A stretch of 64,000 nucleotides of DNA from Saprolegnia diclina VS20 (taxonomy: Eukaryota). The notes under the pieces were generated by a model. The model made no database searches. It saw only the letters and a list, made by a program, of their open reading frames with translations, and was not told where the DNA came from. Positions 23,090-36,100 of this stretch are shown piece by piece. The position numbers and the translations under genes were made by a program. The first letter of the stretch is position 1. Every line of letters begins with the position of its first letter. The stretch lies in contig NW_008246103.1 in NCBI RefSeq assembly GCF_000281045.1, positions 150,582 through 214,581 of the forward strand. The letters run 5' to 3'.

Positions 23090-23295
23090 TTGTAAAATGA
23101 GTGTGTAAAAACACTATCCTAGAGTGTAGAAGTCAGGTTCCACACGGAGTTTGGGTAGAAAGTACACTTGATTGTGGCTGGGATTGCACCATGTGTTTTT
23201 GCTCTGCAATTTGTAAAAACGAATGTGTAAAAACACGTTTTAAAGAGTAGAATCTAGTTTTTACACAGAGTTGAACTAATTCTACTCTGGAATGT
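23090..23295. repeat. Degenerate AT-rich direct repeat (~120 bp period) with internal inverted repeats
   Basis: TTGTAAAATGAGTGTGTAAAAACAC (~23090) vs TTGTAAAAACGAATGTGTAAAAACAC (~23211). Internal inverted pairs TGTGTAAAAAC/GTTTTTACACA and AGAGTAGAAT/ATTCTACTCT. Confidence 0.55.
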
Positions 23296-23483
23296 GGCAA
23301 TGCCGTCTTTTTGACAAACATGACATGTTTACAACAAAAATAGCACACGTTTTAAACAGTGCAAATGAATGGTATACAAACAGGCTGTGATCTTGGACGT
23401 GGACGACCATCATCGACCTGACACCGCGTGGGACGTAGCCATCCGCCGCCTCGCATCACCGCTCGCCCACCGCTTCCTCTTGA

Positions 23484-23499
23484 CTCACTTCTTCATTTG
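23484..23499 (+). promoter_or_regulatory. Oomycete Inr+FPR core promoter
   Basis: CTCACTTCTTCATTTG just upstream of the MOG1 ATG at 23506; close match to the oomycete consensus. Confidence 0.6.
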
Positions 23500-23505
23500 C
23501 CAACT

Positions 23506-24051
23506 ATGAAGCGCTCGCTCTTTGGTGGTGCTATCTCGTGCGACGTGCCCAGCGGCTTTGCCGACGTGAGCGAGTTCCGCCAAGTGCCCGACAACCAAGA
23601 GGTGTTTGCCGACGCCGTGACGGACCGCTGCGTCATCATTGAGCTCCTTCAAATGGAAGAAACCATCGGCGAGAGCGCCACGGGTACGTTCTACTTTAAC
23701 GAAATCGCCGACTCGAACGCGTGTGCGCCGACGGACCGCCACGTGGCCCAAGCGTTTACGATGCCCGCATCCGAAGTGCATGGGCTCCAAGTGCCCGCGC
23801 ACATTGCCGTCGGCACGCAGGCCGTCGCCAAGTACAAGGAGGCCGCCAAGAACGTCATCCAAGTCTACGTGTGCTGCCTGCGCCTCCCGCGCGCGACGAC
23901 CGACCTCGTCGTCTCGGTCACAGTGCCCATCTCGGTGGACCCCAACAGCAGCAGCCGCGGCCACATACCCACCGACGTCGACGAAGGCTCGGTCTTTCTC
24001 AAGGCCATCTTCCGCTCGCTCGCCGTGCACGATTGGGACCTCTTTCAATAA
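23506..24051 (+). CDS. MOG1: Ran guanine nucleotide release factor Mog1 (Mog1p/PsbP-like)
   Basis: LFGGAI..VP..FADVSEFRQVPDNQEVF, LRLP..TDLVVS and C-terminal DWDLF are typical of Mog1/RANGRF. Confidence 0.9.
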   Translation: MKRSLFGGAISCDVPSGFADVSEFRQVPDNQEVFADAVTDRCVIIELLQMEETIGESATGTFYFNEIADSNACAPTDRHVAQAFTMPASEVHGLQVPAHIAVGTQAVAKYKEAAKNVIQVYVCCLRLPRATTDLVVSVTVPISVDPNSSSRGHIPTDVDEGSVFLKAIFRSLAVHDWDLFQ

Positions 24052-24111
24052 ATCGTTTAGACGTCTTTTCCGACATTGCCCTTTTGGAAACTGGTAGAAA
24101 CCAAAGTGCGA

Positions 24112-27100
24112 TTACAAGCAATCTCGAATAGCAAGGTGAACACCCTGCTCGAGCACATCGGCCGCCAAGAGCGTGCTTGGAAGGTACACGAGGTGGACGA
24201 CCTCGGTATAGACCTCGCTCGCATCATCGGCCGCGACAGTGCGCAAAAGCGGCAGAGCTACCGTCGAGGTGGCGCCGTCAAACGCTGGTACAATGCGCGG
24301 GGCAAAGTGCAATAGAAGAGGGCCCGTCGTATCGGACTCGGGCGTGGGGGCTTGCAGCACGTGCACACCGGTGGCATCGGGCAGCCATGAGGCACCAACG
24401 AGGATGACGCCGTCGACGTAGACACCACCGGCCAATCGGTCGACGACCGATACAATGGTCGCATCGAGCGCTATCGTATGCAGTGGCTGGTTGAGTTGCC
24501 GTGCAAAGTGGAGGCTCCACGCTGAGAGAAACCGAGTGGGTTCGAGGTAGGCGCCGAGCCAGTGCACGTCGGGCACGACGCCACTCGCGACCCAGTCGTC
24601 AAAAAACTTGATCTGTCGTGTGAGATGCAACTGAAAGCCGGTCCAATTCGACGACACCGAGTTGGCGAGGCGCTGCCAGGAACGAGGCACTTCGTTGCGG
24701 AGCACGGCGGCATGCAGCGGCTCGAGGGCGGGCGGGAGCACGCCGGCGCCATCAACGAGCGCCTACGTTGCACATCAACACCACTAGAGTTCACGGCCAA
24801 GTCATCAATGACCTCTTGGAGACGTCGGACGTCGCCTCGCAGCCGATCTCGCCTCGCAGCCAAGGCGTCGACTTCAGCGTGGAGAATCGCATGGAGCGGT
24901 GCCGTGCTCTCCAGCGGAAACATCTTTTGCGCGACGACGAGATCGAGGCTCGCTGCGTCCAGCGCCTTGTCGAGTGACGCGTACTGCAAAACCTCGACCC
25001 GCGTTTGGCTCGGCGGCGCGGCCGCGGTGCTCGCGGGCGGAAACTGGCGCTGGAGCCAGTGACGATACGTGCTCTCAAGGCTTGTTGCGATCGAGAGCGC
25101 GGCGCGGGCATACAGGCCATGCACAAGACTACCGTGGAGGCCAAACCACACGGGGTTGTCAATGATGGGCAAGCTCGTAATGTTGTTGGGAAGGAGTGGA
25201 CCCGCACTCGGCGCTTCGACTGACTCGAGGAGTCCTTCCATGTCGGACGCGGTCACGGACGACGATCGGCGCCGTAGGAGGTTGCGGACGCTCGCCGTGC
25301 GCTCGACCGGCGACGTCCATGCAAATAAAATGCGCTGCAGCCGAGCCTTGAGCTGCCCGCTGCTATACCGTTGCAGGTACAGACGCACACAGGCGACGTC
25401 CCAAGGCGAGTAGAGGTTGCAGCCGTACACGAGCGACTCCAAGTCCAGCGACGGGTGCTCGACGACGATGGCAAAGTCCCGCGGCGTCAAGTACAAGGCC
25501 CCTTTGAACCCATGGGCACCAAACTGTGTGCGCGCCACGAGAAGCGCGTGCACAAAGCAGAGACTGAGCCACTCGGGCGACGTCAATGTTGGGCTCCCGA
25601 GCGCCTCGGTCGCGTCGATATCTGCTTCAAGAATCAGCTGGATGAGACGACTTGAGATTCTGTCTACCTGGTGCGACCGACGACGAAAGTGGCGCGTGGA
25701 GCTGGTAGGCACAGCTAAAGAGGTGCTCGCGAAAGGTCGACCCGAGGGCCATGTGACGCGTCAAGCTGCGCTGCGCGAGCGAGAGCGGCATGCGGTCGGT
25801 AGAGTCGACGCACAGCCAGAGCCGAAATTCCCAGTGCACGCCCGTCACGTCGAGCACTTGGTACGCTCGGTGCAACGCCTGTAGCCAGTCGGGATTGGTG
25901 TCGACTTGCCGAAGCACGAGCCACTGCCCCGTCTTCATGGCCGACGTGAGGAGACGCTCCAACGGCTCAGTGTGGGTCGCGAGCACGATATCGACGTTGG
26001 CGCTAATGCCCCCCGCCTTGATCGCCTCCAGTGCATCGTGTCCTTGGGACGACACGACGAGCGGCGTCGCGCAGCTGGCCGCCGCCGCCATCTCGCCAAA
26101 GCTCCAGCTGTACGCGCCAGCGAGCCACTCGGACGGCACGACGCTATGGACAAACGCAAGGGCCTCGGCGCCAAACTGGTCTGGTCGAAGCGCGCGGACG
26201 ATGCAGAGCCGCTGGAGCGGCGAGAGCGGGATAGGCAGCTCCATGAGCCATGACTTTGCGGCTTCGTAAAAGCTCTTCCAGACCATCTTGAGATCGTCGT
26301 CCATCCACGAGGCGAGAATGTGACGCCGAAGCAACTTTGGGACAATGTCGCAGAATGCGGTCAAGAGCTCCCAGCGCGTCGGTGGCAGCCAGGACGGACA
26401 GTGTAATGGGAGCGTGTCGACGCGCGGCAGTGGCTGTGGCATGATCAAGAACCGAAACTCTTCTTGGCTCGACCAGCACCACGCCCACGACGGCTTGGCG
26501 CGCTCTTCAAGTTCGTCGAGTTCCCGCCCGACATCTTCGTCGTCGCCACCGTCCAACGCATTTTCATTGTCGGCCTCAGTGTTCTTGCCCTCGTCGTTGT
26601 TGGCATTTTCCGAGCCCGAGCCGTTGACGTCATCATCATCCTCGTCTTCTTCTTCGTCGTCGTCGTCGTCGTGGGGCTGGTACAACCGTAGAGCAAATAG
26701 CAAATTGAGGAGCGTGCGGTCGTCGGCCCGAATGCCCCAGTGCAGAGCTCGATACACGGTCAGCGTGATGCGCTCGAGGAACGCCATTGCATCGCTCTTT
26801 CCAATCGCACTGAGCACGCTCGTGAGCAAGTGAGCAAGCCACGCGAGCGAGACGCCGTACTGCGGGCTCTTGTGGCGTAAATCGTCGCTGATCAAGCACA
26901 AGTCGACAAAGCGCTGTCGCACGACGTCGAGCGGCAGCGAGAGCCGAGTGGCTTTCGAGAGCTCGTACGTGAGCTGCACTTGCTTGGCGACCGCGTCGCT
27001 ATACGAGGTGCGCCACGTCAAGAGGGCGGCCGTGTCATCCAAGATGGCGTCACCGGCCTTGGCGAGCGCCGAGAGGCAGAGGTCTTCCCATGCACTCGCG

Positions 27101-30100
27101 TCGAATTCTGCTGCATGCAACGACGTTTTGAGCTCTTGCCAATGCAAGAGCGTGTGCTTCGAGGCGTTGCAAAGCACTTGCGATCGGAAGAGGTCGCTCG
27201 CGATCTGCGGCGTCAGCTCAACGTAGACGGGGGTTGTGATCGAAGCAAACGCTGGCAGCCACATTGCGTCTTCGTCGGTCGTAAAGAGGTAGAGCGGCCA
27301 GTCGATGGGGAAATCGAGCAGCGCGTGCTTGTGCGTAAGGAAATTCGGCCGCGCCCCCCCGAGCCGGCTGGCTTGCCGCTTGGCAAGCAGAAAGGGCAGG
27401 AGAAGACTCTTGGTTGAGAGATTTGTGTGGCGCACGAGGACGGGGCGCTCGGCCTGCATCGCGTTAAAGACGTCGTCTTGGACCTTCTCGAACTCGTCGA
27501 GGCTGCCGTTGTGGGGAGGTACGATGTACGGGGTTTCGTTGGCGTAGACGTCAGTTGACATGGCCACCACCCAGGCATAAGCGATCTCGTGCGGGTCAAT
27601 GAGCAGCGGGAACGTCTCGGCCGCGGCTAAGAATGCAATGTTTTCGTGGCTGATTGGGTCGTCGCTTGGCACTGTTTTGGCGAGCCAGCGCTTGAAGAGC
27701 GCTGACTCGAGTAGCAGATCGTACGTGGCGTGGTGCGACGTCTGCGTGAGCAAGCCGACGGACGACGGTAGCCCGAGGTTCGAGAGTAGTTTCATCCACT
27801 GGACGAGCAGCTGGTGCCGGCCGTACGCTGGCACGTGGCCAGCATAAGACGCAAGCCCCGTGGCCATGAGAGCATGGGCCGGAAGCCGCGCGCCCCACTC
27901 GATGCATTCGTCGCGCCGTTGATGCCACGCGCTCACAAACACCACGAGCGCCGAGAGCAGCGATTGCGCCTTCTCACTCGACTCGGTCGAGTCGGACAGC
28001 TGCGTCGTGAGCTCGCGCACTTGGGTGTCGGTGGTCGCTCGAGATGTTGTCGTCATCTGCATCGTGGCCACGTGCGCGTCGACCGCGCGTCGCAGCTGCG
28101 CGCACTTGATTTCGCAACCATCGACAATAACTTGCGCATCCTTGATGTGGGCCCACTGCGGTTCGAGCATGACGTACGTCATCTTGTACTGAATGATCGC
28201 CCGGGCCCACGCACAGATGGGCCCCCCAGACGGGTGCAACTTGGCCAGCAGCGCCGGCGTAAACTCGATGTGCTCGTAAAATGCCGACACGGCACCGAGC
28301 ACGTCGCCGTCCAAGCACGTGGCAAAGTCGGTGCCGAGATTCTGGAGCGCGTCGAGCCCATTGGGGCGCAAAAGCTATGGAATACGTCATCCAAATGGTG
28401 TATGTCATAGTGCGTTGTCGTACCCATTGCCGTGCTGGCATCGTGTAGTCGAGGAGCTTGGTTTCAATGTCGCGTTCATCAAACGTCTCGACGGGCTCGA
28501 GCCGTAAGAGCCGGCACATGCACTCGAGCAGATAGCGCAAGTTGGGCGGCATCGGGTGCAAGCTGCAGAGCTCCGCCATGTCTTGCGTGCCTAGCCCCTC
28601 GAGCTTGCGCTTGGCGTCCAGCACGCTGGCGGTCGCGGCGTCCAGTGTGCTCTTTGCCGCGGCCTGTAGCGATTCCAACTTGGCAACTGCCGCAACGCGA
28701 ACGTCGTCTTCGGCCGACAGCTGCGCTTGCAACGACAAGAGCGTTTGGGACTCGGTCTCGAGACCAACATTGATGCCCTTGGAGACTTGCGACATGCGCG
28801 AGATCTCGGGCGTGAGACCCTTGACGGTCTGCGCGACGCGCGTCGAGAGGCGCTCCAAGTACCGCAGTGCATCGAGGGCCGCCACGAGCTTGGCTTTTCG
28901 CTCTTCGTTGGCCAGCGCGCGCGACTGCCAGAGCCGGGCAAAGCTGGCAATGTGCAAGACAAAACGGGACGGCACCAGCGGACAGGCGGTTGTCTCGTAC
29001 GCCTTGGCGGACACAAAGATTGCCTCGGCCGCGTCCAAGTAGAGCTCGGCGTCGGCCATCCCCGCATCCGCGCACGTCGCATGCACCATGGCGCGCAGCG
29101 TCTCCTTCGGCCACGCACTCACATGGTGTATATGGCAGCGCCGAAAGAGATGGGCATACGACGCTTGCAGTTGGCGCTGCCACGTCAGTGGTGCGTGCGC
29201 CGGCATGGTCAACACGAGCAGAAGCGTGAGCTTCCGCCGAAGGGTCTCTGCAAAATACGCCTCGACCGACGACTGTGTGTCCAAAAAGGTGTTCTCGGCC
29301 TTGGCGAGCGTGCGTAGCGTTGGCGCCAGAGCCTCGAGGTCGCTGGACGTGACAAAGTGGGGCATGTACCGCTCGCTAACAAGCTCGGCCATGTCGACAA
29401 GGTACTCGTCCCGCCCTTCCTGACACACTAACGCATGTTTGATGACGAGCACAAATGATGTCGGATGGGCCGCGGCGCGCAGCAAGGCGTCGTTGATCGC
29501 CCGTTGCCACGTCGTGTACGATGATGCAAACAATGGGCTCTGGACGTTGAGATACGTCGCGGCGCTTCCAGCGACACCGGCTGCAAGCCGCGACACAATC
29601 GCTTTGCCTGTGCCCGGGGGCCCCCACACCAGTACATGCTAATATACATGTTGTACATAGCGTCATAGCTAAAACGAGGTGTACCTGTGAGTGAAAGCTC
29701 GCGGCGGGACAGGCTGGCCGGCGCAACACCCGAGCAAGTCGTACAATGTGCTCGACGAAGAAGGGCAAGTGCAGCTGCACGTCGTTGTTGACAGCGTTCG
29801 GTCGTGCCGACGTCTCGGTGAGCTTGCTCAGCTCGGCGGCCACGCTTGGACTCAGCAGATCCACAAGGTCACTCGCGTCAATCTCGTCGTACGTCGTCGA
29901 CGGCAGCAGCGTTGCAAACGTGATGCGCAAGAAATTGGCATGCAAGTACGCGGCGACCGGCGTCACTTGCTGCGTACCGAGCATCGACGACCGGTGCGTC
30001 GTCGACTGCATGTCGTCGCTGGCGCGCCTGAGGACTGTGTTGGCGGCCGCCGTCGCAGCGACGATATTCGGAAACAAGGCTTCGTGGGCGACCGCAAAGC

Positions 30101-33100
30101 TCGAGGTACAAATATCGCGGAGGAGCGAGCTAAACACAGCCAGCTCCGTTGCACTCTCGAGTCGATCGGCGAGCGTTCGGGTGGCTTCGTGGCACCAGAG
30201 CCGCACGAGAGGCGTCTTGTCACTAAACTGCGTGGCCGCGCAGTCGCGCGCGATGGCTTGCGTCAACTGCAGCATGTCATCAAGCCGAAAGAGGTAGTGC
30301 GGCCGCGTGGGCGCGACGCGGAAGCGCTCGTTGCAGCTTACAAAGAGCCGCATCGTCGCTTTAGTAAGCGTCGACAGCATCTGGGCAAAGTCCACCGAGA
30401 GATTTCGCGCCGCGACGCACCAGCTGCCAACGTCGACGAGGAGTTTGTTCATGTCGGCCGCTTGCAGCTCGGGAAAGGCTAGCGGCACAAGCTGTGCGAC
30501 CAAGCGCTCCGAAGACGCGTGCCGGCGCTGTGACGCGAGCTCGGTCACACTCCCGACCAGGGCAATGCCCGACACGAACGTCTCTGCGTGGGTATGCGGC
30601 TCGTAGATCGCACCTGCCGAGACGAGGTGTCGCAGAAACGTCAATGTGCCGTCTTGATCGGACGGAAGACTCACGTCATCGAGGTACAGGACGCACGTTT
30701 TATGGGGCGGCGCCGACAAGACGTTCTTGCGCGAGCGTTCGAGGTGGTCTTGGAGACTGCAGAGCAGCGCGCTCGGCGACGTCCGTACACCGCACGGCAC
30801 TAGAGCAAACACGGAGGCGGTGGCCGCAAGCACGCTGTTTTCGCGCTGCCGGAGAAGACTCTGCGTGCAGAGGGCGTCGACGACCGCCGACTTGCCCGTG
30901 CTGGGCGGTCCAATCAAGAGCGTGTGCGTCGCAGTCTGTACGAAAAGCTCCTATAACATTTACATTGGGCATGAGGTGCTCGACAAACGAGGTATCGCGT
31001 TGGGTACGGTGAAGTGCATCACGGCTGTGCAGTTGGTTGTCGGAACAAAGAGCTCTTTGATCGAGCGCAGCGGCATCGGCACCGAGAGCAGTCGACTGGG
31101 CACAGTGTCGACCCAGAGCTCCCACTTCAAGCCCCAATCCACCGAGAGGCCAAAGGCGTACACGAGCTCGGGTCGGTTGGAGGGGAAGAAAAGCTGGAAG
31201 CGCTTGCCCCGGTGCACGGGTGTCGGGGACGTCGCAGCCACCGTCGTCGCCGTCGGCTCGCCGGCAAGCGCGCGCAAAAAGTTGTCGAATTTGACGCGCT
31301 CATCGTGCGCACTGGTGTGGCCAATGCCCCAGATGAGTCCAAGGAGAAACGCGCAGTGCCCGATTGAGTAGAGTTGCTTGGCCGTCATGGACGCCATCTT
31401 GGGCCATGCTGCGCGCACACTCGCATTCACAATCGCCAAGAAACTTTGCATGCGCCCGAGGTGGGTCGGGCCAAAGGCCGTCGCACGAAAGTGCAGCTTT
31501 GCAAACTCAAGGCACGGCTCGATGAGATCGAGGACGCTGTCCATCGCGTCTTTGACGTCCGTGAGCTCTTGCAGCGCATCGTCTTGCTTGGACCACCAGC
31601 TGTCGTACAGCTGCCGCCACGTCACGTTGGAAGCTGCAACGTGGACGATCGATGTTCGCGTCAAAATGGCCGGCGACGCATGCACAAGGCTCGTCGACTC
31701 GAAAAGCAGACGCGTCTGTGGCGGCAGCGCGAGCCGCTCGCCTGTCAGCACACTCAAATACCCATCGAGTTCGAGGAGTGAGTGCAGTCCGTCGGTCCAG
31801 GATGGAGTCAGCGCGCCGTCCAAGACGAGCCAGAAGCGTCCGTGGGCATCGAGCTTGCTACGTGCGTGAAGGCGCCGAAGGAGAAGTGTGAGCACGCCCT
31901 CGTCAAAGGTCTTGGTCGGCAAGAGGCGACCGTAGAGCTCGTCAATCGACAAGCTCGTCGGCGACACCACTTGGTACATGGCGACACTGTCGGCGAACCC
32001 GGACCGCGCGCTCTGACGGCGCGCGTACGGGTTCGAGCGCTCGTCGACAAGCCGCAGCGCGTGGCTCAGCGTTTGATAGAGCGTAGTCTTGCCACTCATG
32101 GTTGGACCGAGCAGCACCACACCTTGGGGTCGGCTCAGCGCTGCATGTAGCTGCTGCACCTTGAGCAAAAACGAGGGCGTTGGCATCACCTGATGCGCCT
32201 TGAGCGCAAGCGTCATCACATCGGTCGGCAAATCTTGCGGTTTGAGGAGCGGCGGCGACGAGGTTAGGGTCTCAAGAAAGCTCTTCAACGTGTGCGTTGA
32301 TGCGTCGGACGGCGGCACGACGCTCGCGAGGACATCGCCGAGCACGTAGAGGAGCATCGCGCCTTCGATCGAGACGAGCTGCGTCGACGACGTCACGTCA
32401 TAACTGTGCTCTTTCAGCACGAGTTTTTTCGCGCGCTCAACGACCGTTTTGACCAAGCGGAGCGACTGCATCGCGTTAGCGGCATCGGGGAAGAGCTTGG
32501 CGGCAGTCGCCAGCGCAAAGGCCACGTGCTTCCCGAGCATCTCGGAGCTACTGAAGCCTGCGAGATCGCACAAGACGCGGCACACAATCTCAACGTCGGG
32601 CGAGACGAGCGTCACGGGGCGAAAGAGGCTGAGAAATGCATCGTGTGTGCAGGGCAGCGGCTGCGACGTCGTGAACGTAGCAGCAATGTGCACGCCGCGC
32701 CGGAGGCGGAGCTTGGTGCCGTGGAGCACCACGGAAGCCTCGCGCAGACCCGTCGCTTCTAGCACGCGGTGCATCAGGTCCGTGAAGACGCCGATGGTCG
32801 CATGGCCAAATACATTTTGGGCATTGCGCAACAGTAGCCACGTGCCCGTGGCCGCGGCGCCCTTGATGATGCGTGTAAACGCATCAACATGGGCGACGCA
32901 CTCAAAGGCCATGCACAGTTTCCCGCACGCACTTGCCAGCATGTGCAACGTGGTCGCCTTGCCCGTGCTCGATGCACCGACCACGGCCGACCCTTTGGCC
33001 ATCGCCATCGCACTGCACACGACGCGCGCAACCTTGAGTGTGTTGGGGGTGAGAACCAACGTCTTGGCACTGCCGAGGTACTCGTTGCCGTAGAGCACGG

Positions 33101-36100
33101 ACGACTTCAGGACTTTGAGAAGCACGTTGCCGTCGTTCCATGCGATGCGTAGCTGCGACTGCCACAGGAACGCGTCCGTGTCGGCGAGGTGCGGCTCGTT
33201 GGCAATAAGGTCGGCGGTGCAGTCGCGCGCGTGCAAAAGCTGCGCAATGAGGTTGGTCACGAGGTTGATCCGGTGGAGGAGCGTGTGCGCGCCTTCGCGC
33301 AGCTCTTGCGCGAGGTCGCATAAGCGCGGCTCGAGCTCGGTGGCGAGGTAGTCTTGGAGCTTGTGGGGCCGGAGCGAGTGCACATCGGCGATCGAGCTCG
33401 GCTCCCGCAGGCAGCTTTCAATCTTGTTGGTCCACATGTAGCGCTCGATGACCAGCACGGCTTGCTCGGGCCAGAGAAGGTACCATTTTCGAAAGTCCTT
33501 TTTGCTATAGTCGCTCATGGCACTGCGCAAGAGCACTTGCATGGACGTGTACAAGCCTTGCTCGAGGCGCGCGAGCCAGACGTCCGTGGCGACCTTCTCG
33601 GTCGGCACGACCTGCGAGAGAGCAATCGACTCGTCGAACGAGCTGCTCACATTCGTGATCTCGTTCGCACTGTTGAGCTCCATGCGACCAACGCCCGGGA
33701 AGCAGCGCGAGAGGTACGACGGCTTGCGGGCCGTGAGCGCGTCCGGGTGCGTCGAGAGTGCGCGAATGAGCTCCGCGTTGGAGAGAAAAAAGAACCGAGG
33801 AAACAACGTCCGCTTGAGCTCCAAGCACGCGTGGAGGCCTTCAAGGACGCCTTCGAGCAGCGCTTTGCATTCGCGCAAGCGGTCGGCTGCCTTGTCGATC
33901 TGGATGACGGCCAAGCAGAGCGGCCGCGCGACCACGGCGGCCATGATACTGCGCCAGTGGGCATCGGCGAGCGCAAATTTCTTGGCTTCGGGCGACGCCT
34001 TGTCAAGCACTGGAACGTCGGCTTTGGATGCAAAGAGCGGCTCGATCGTGACCCACGTCTTGCCCGTCTCGGCGAGGAGCTCGGTCACGTCCCGTAATTT
34101 GAGCAGCGACCGCTCCCATGCAATCGCGCGGCCAAAAAAAGGCTTTTTGTATGGCGACGACCGGATCACTTGGGTCTTGACCACGTGGTCGTCGAGCTTG
34201 GTGTGAACGTCCGCGATCGACGCGTCGGCGAGAACATACGACTCGGAGGACGGGACGAGCACGAACTGGAATTCCATGTGCAGCCACTCTTCGGCCATCG
34301 CATCGAGACTGCGCTCGATCTCGGCCTCCATGGTCGCGGCGTTCGAGATGTCGAGGAGTCCAGCCACGTGGTCTTGGATACCCATGTCGAGGAGTCGCTG
34401 GAGCGTCAAGTGCTCGGTCGGATCCACAACAAACCCGACCGTAGCTGCAATTTGGCTCCAGTGCCGGTCGCGTAAATTCGGGTTGCCCATGACCGAGATG
34501 AGCCCAATCGACTCTTTGAACTCTGCGATTTGCTTTCGAAGTGTCTCGGTCGCGCTCACGGCGGCCGGCGACGTCTCGGCGAGCTGCTTGGCCGCGGTCA
34601 AGAGCGTCGACGTCATGATGTGGATCGCGCGCTCGTTGCCCTAGTCCCATCGATTGTCATCGTGTACATGTACAAAGATATGTCGAAATACCGTGGCATC
34701 GAGCTCGAAAATGTTGCCGCGCATCCAGCGCACACTGGCTTCGCGAAAGTCGCGCGCCGTGCGCCACAGCTGGTCGTACGGCTCGAGCGTCTCGCAGATC
34801 GTGTCGAGCTGGAGAAAGTCGGTTTGCACCCACCCGAGCTTGGCTTCCTCGTCGGCAATCGTGTCGATCGTATGGCGCGCTTGTTGAATGGCGTCGCGCA
34901 CTTTGATGAGCTGCCCCACGTACGTGGTCGCGTGCCGCAGGTCGCTTTTTTTCTGAAACGAGTTGACTTCAGACTCGAGCTCTTCGAGCTCGGCCAGGAA
35001 GCGCGCCCGTTTGGCAATGAACGTGGTCTCGATGCGCATGCGCTCGTTCTGGAGACTGACTTCACCGTCCCGAATCACTTTTTCAATCTGGTTTTTCCAC
35101 TCGAACGTCTTGGCCGTCGACGAGAGGAGCTCGGATGCGACCGAGAGCCCCGAGATGACGGGACATGTGGGCACGAGCTCGACCTAATTACATGCCTTTC
35201 AAATAACATTTTTGAAATGTTGGTCGGTGGTACCTGCTCGATGAGAAATTGAATGCGGTGCTTGACGTCCTGCACACTGCGAAAGAGCTCGAGGAGCTCC
35301 TGCGTCCGGAGCTTGGTCAAGTACGCCTGGACCCATCAACTAAGCTAGGAGAGATGACGACACCGCTGCTGCGTACCTCGGCGTCGACGAGTTCGTACAG
35401 GTCCACAGGTTTCTTGGAGAGACGGCTCACCATGAGCTTGAACTGCTGTCGAATGTCCATGTTGATTTGGATCGTGACTTGCGAGAAGGCGTGGAAGAGC
35501 GACTGGATGAACCGCGATGCTTTCTGTATCAAGCCTGCGTTGAGCGACGTGCAGTCGACGTGAAACAAGCCAGAGGACGGGCATGGACCGTAGTTGGGCT
35601 CGGCTGCAATTTGCATCGCAAAGCGCATGTACTTGCCAATCTCGGCGGCGTACGCTGCAATGTCGTGGGGCGCCACCATAAACGCCTCCAGCGCCACGTC
35701 GCCAGCCGCGACCATCTAGCAGCGCAATGCATATACACAACTACGCCAAACAGGGAGAGAACCTACAGCGTATTTTGCATACTTGGTGCGAACGCTGTTG
35801 GCGTGCACCATGCTGTCGGCCAAAAGCGCTTTGATTTCGTCGGCGGCGCGGACGACCTCGTCTTCATGGAGCCCGACGCCCCAGAGAAACGGCGACCCGC
35901 CGAGGATAATCGACGGTTCAAACTTGGTTTCGACGCGGTCGACGTGCGTAAAGCAAGCGGGGATGTTGAAGAGCACGTTCAATAGCGCCGCCGTCGCATC
36001 TTCGAGTGACGTGGCAAACTAGCATTTCAAAATCAGAAATCATAGTGCCAACATATATATATGCGACATGAAAAACATACGTTGATGCTGGTGTGGTCGA

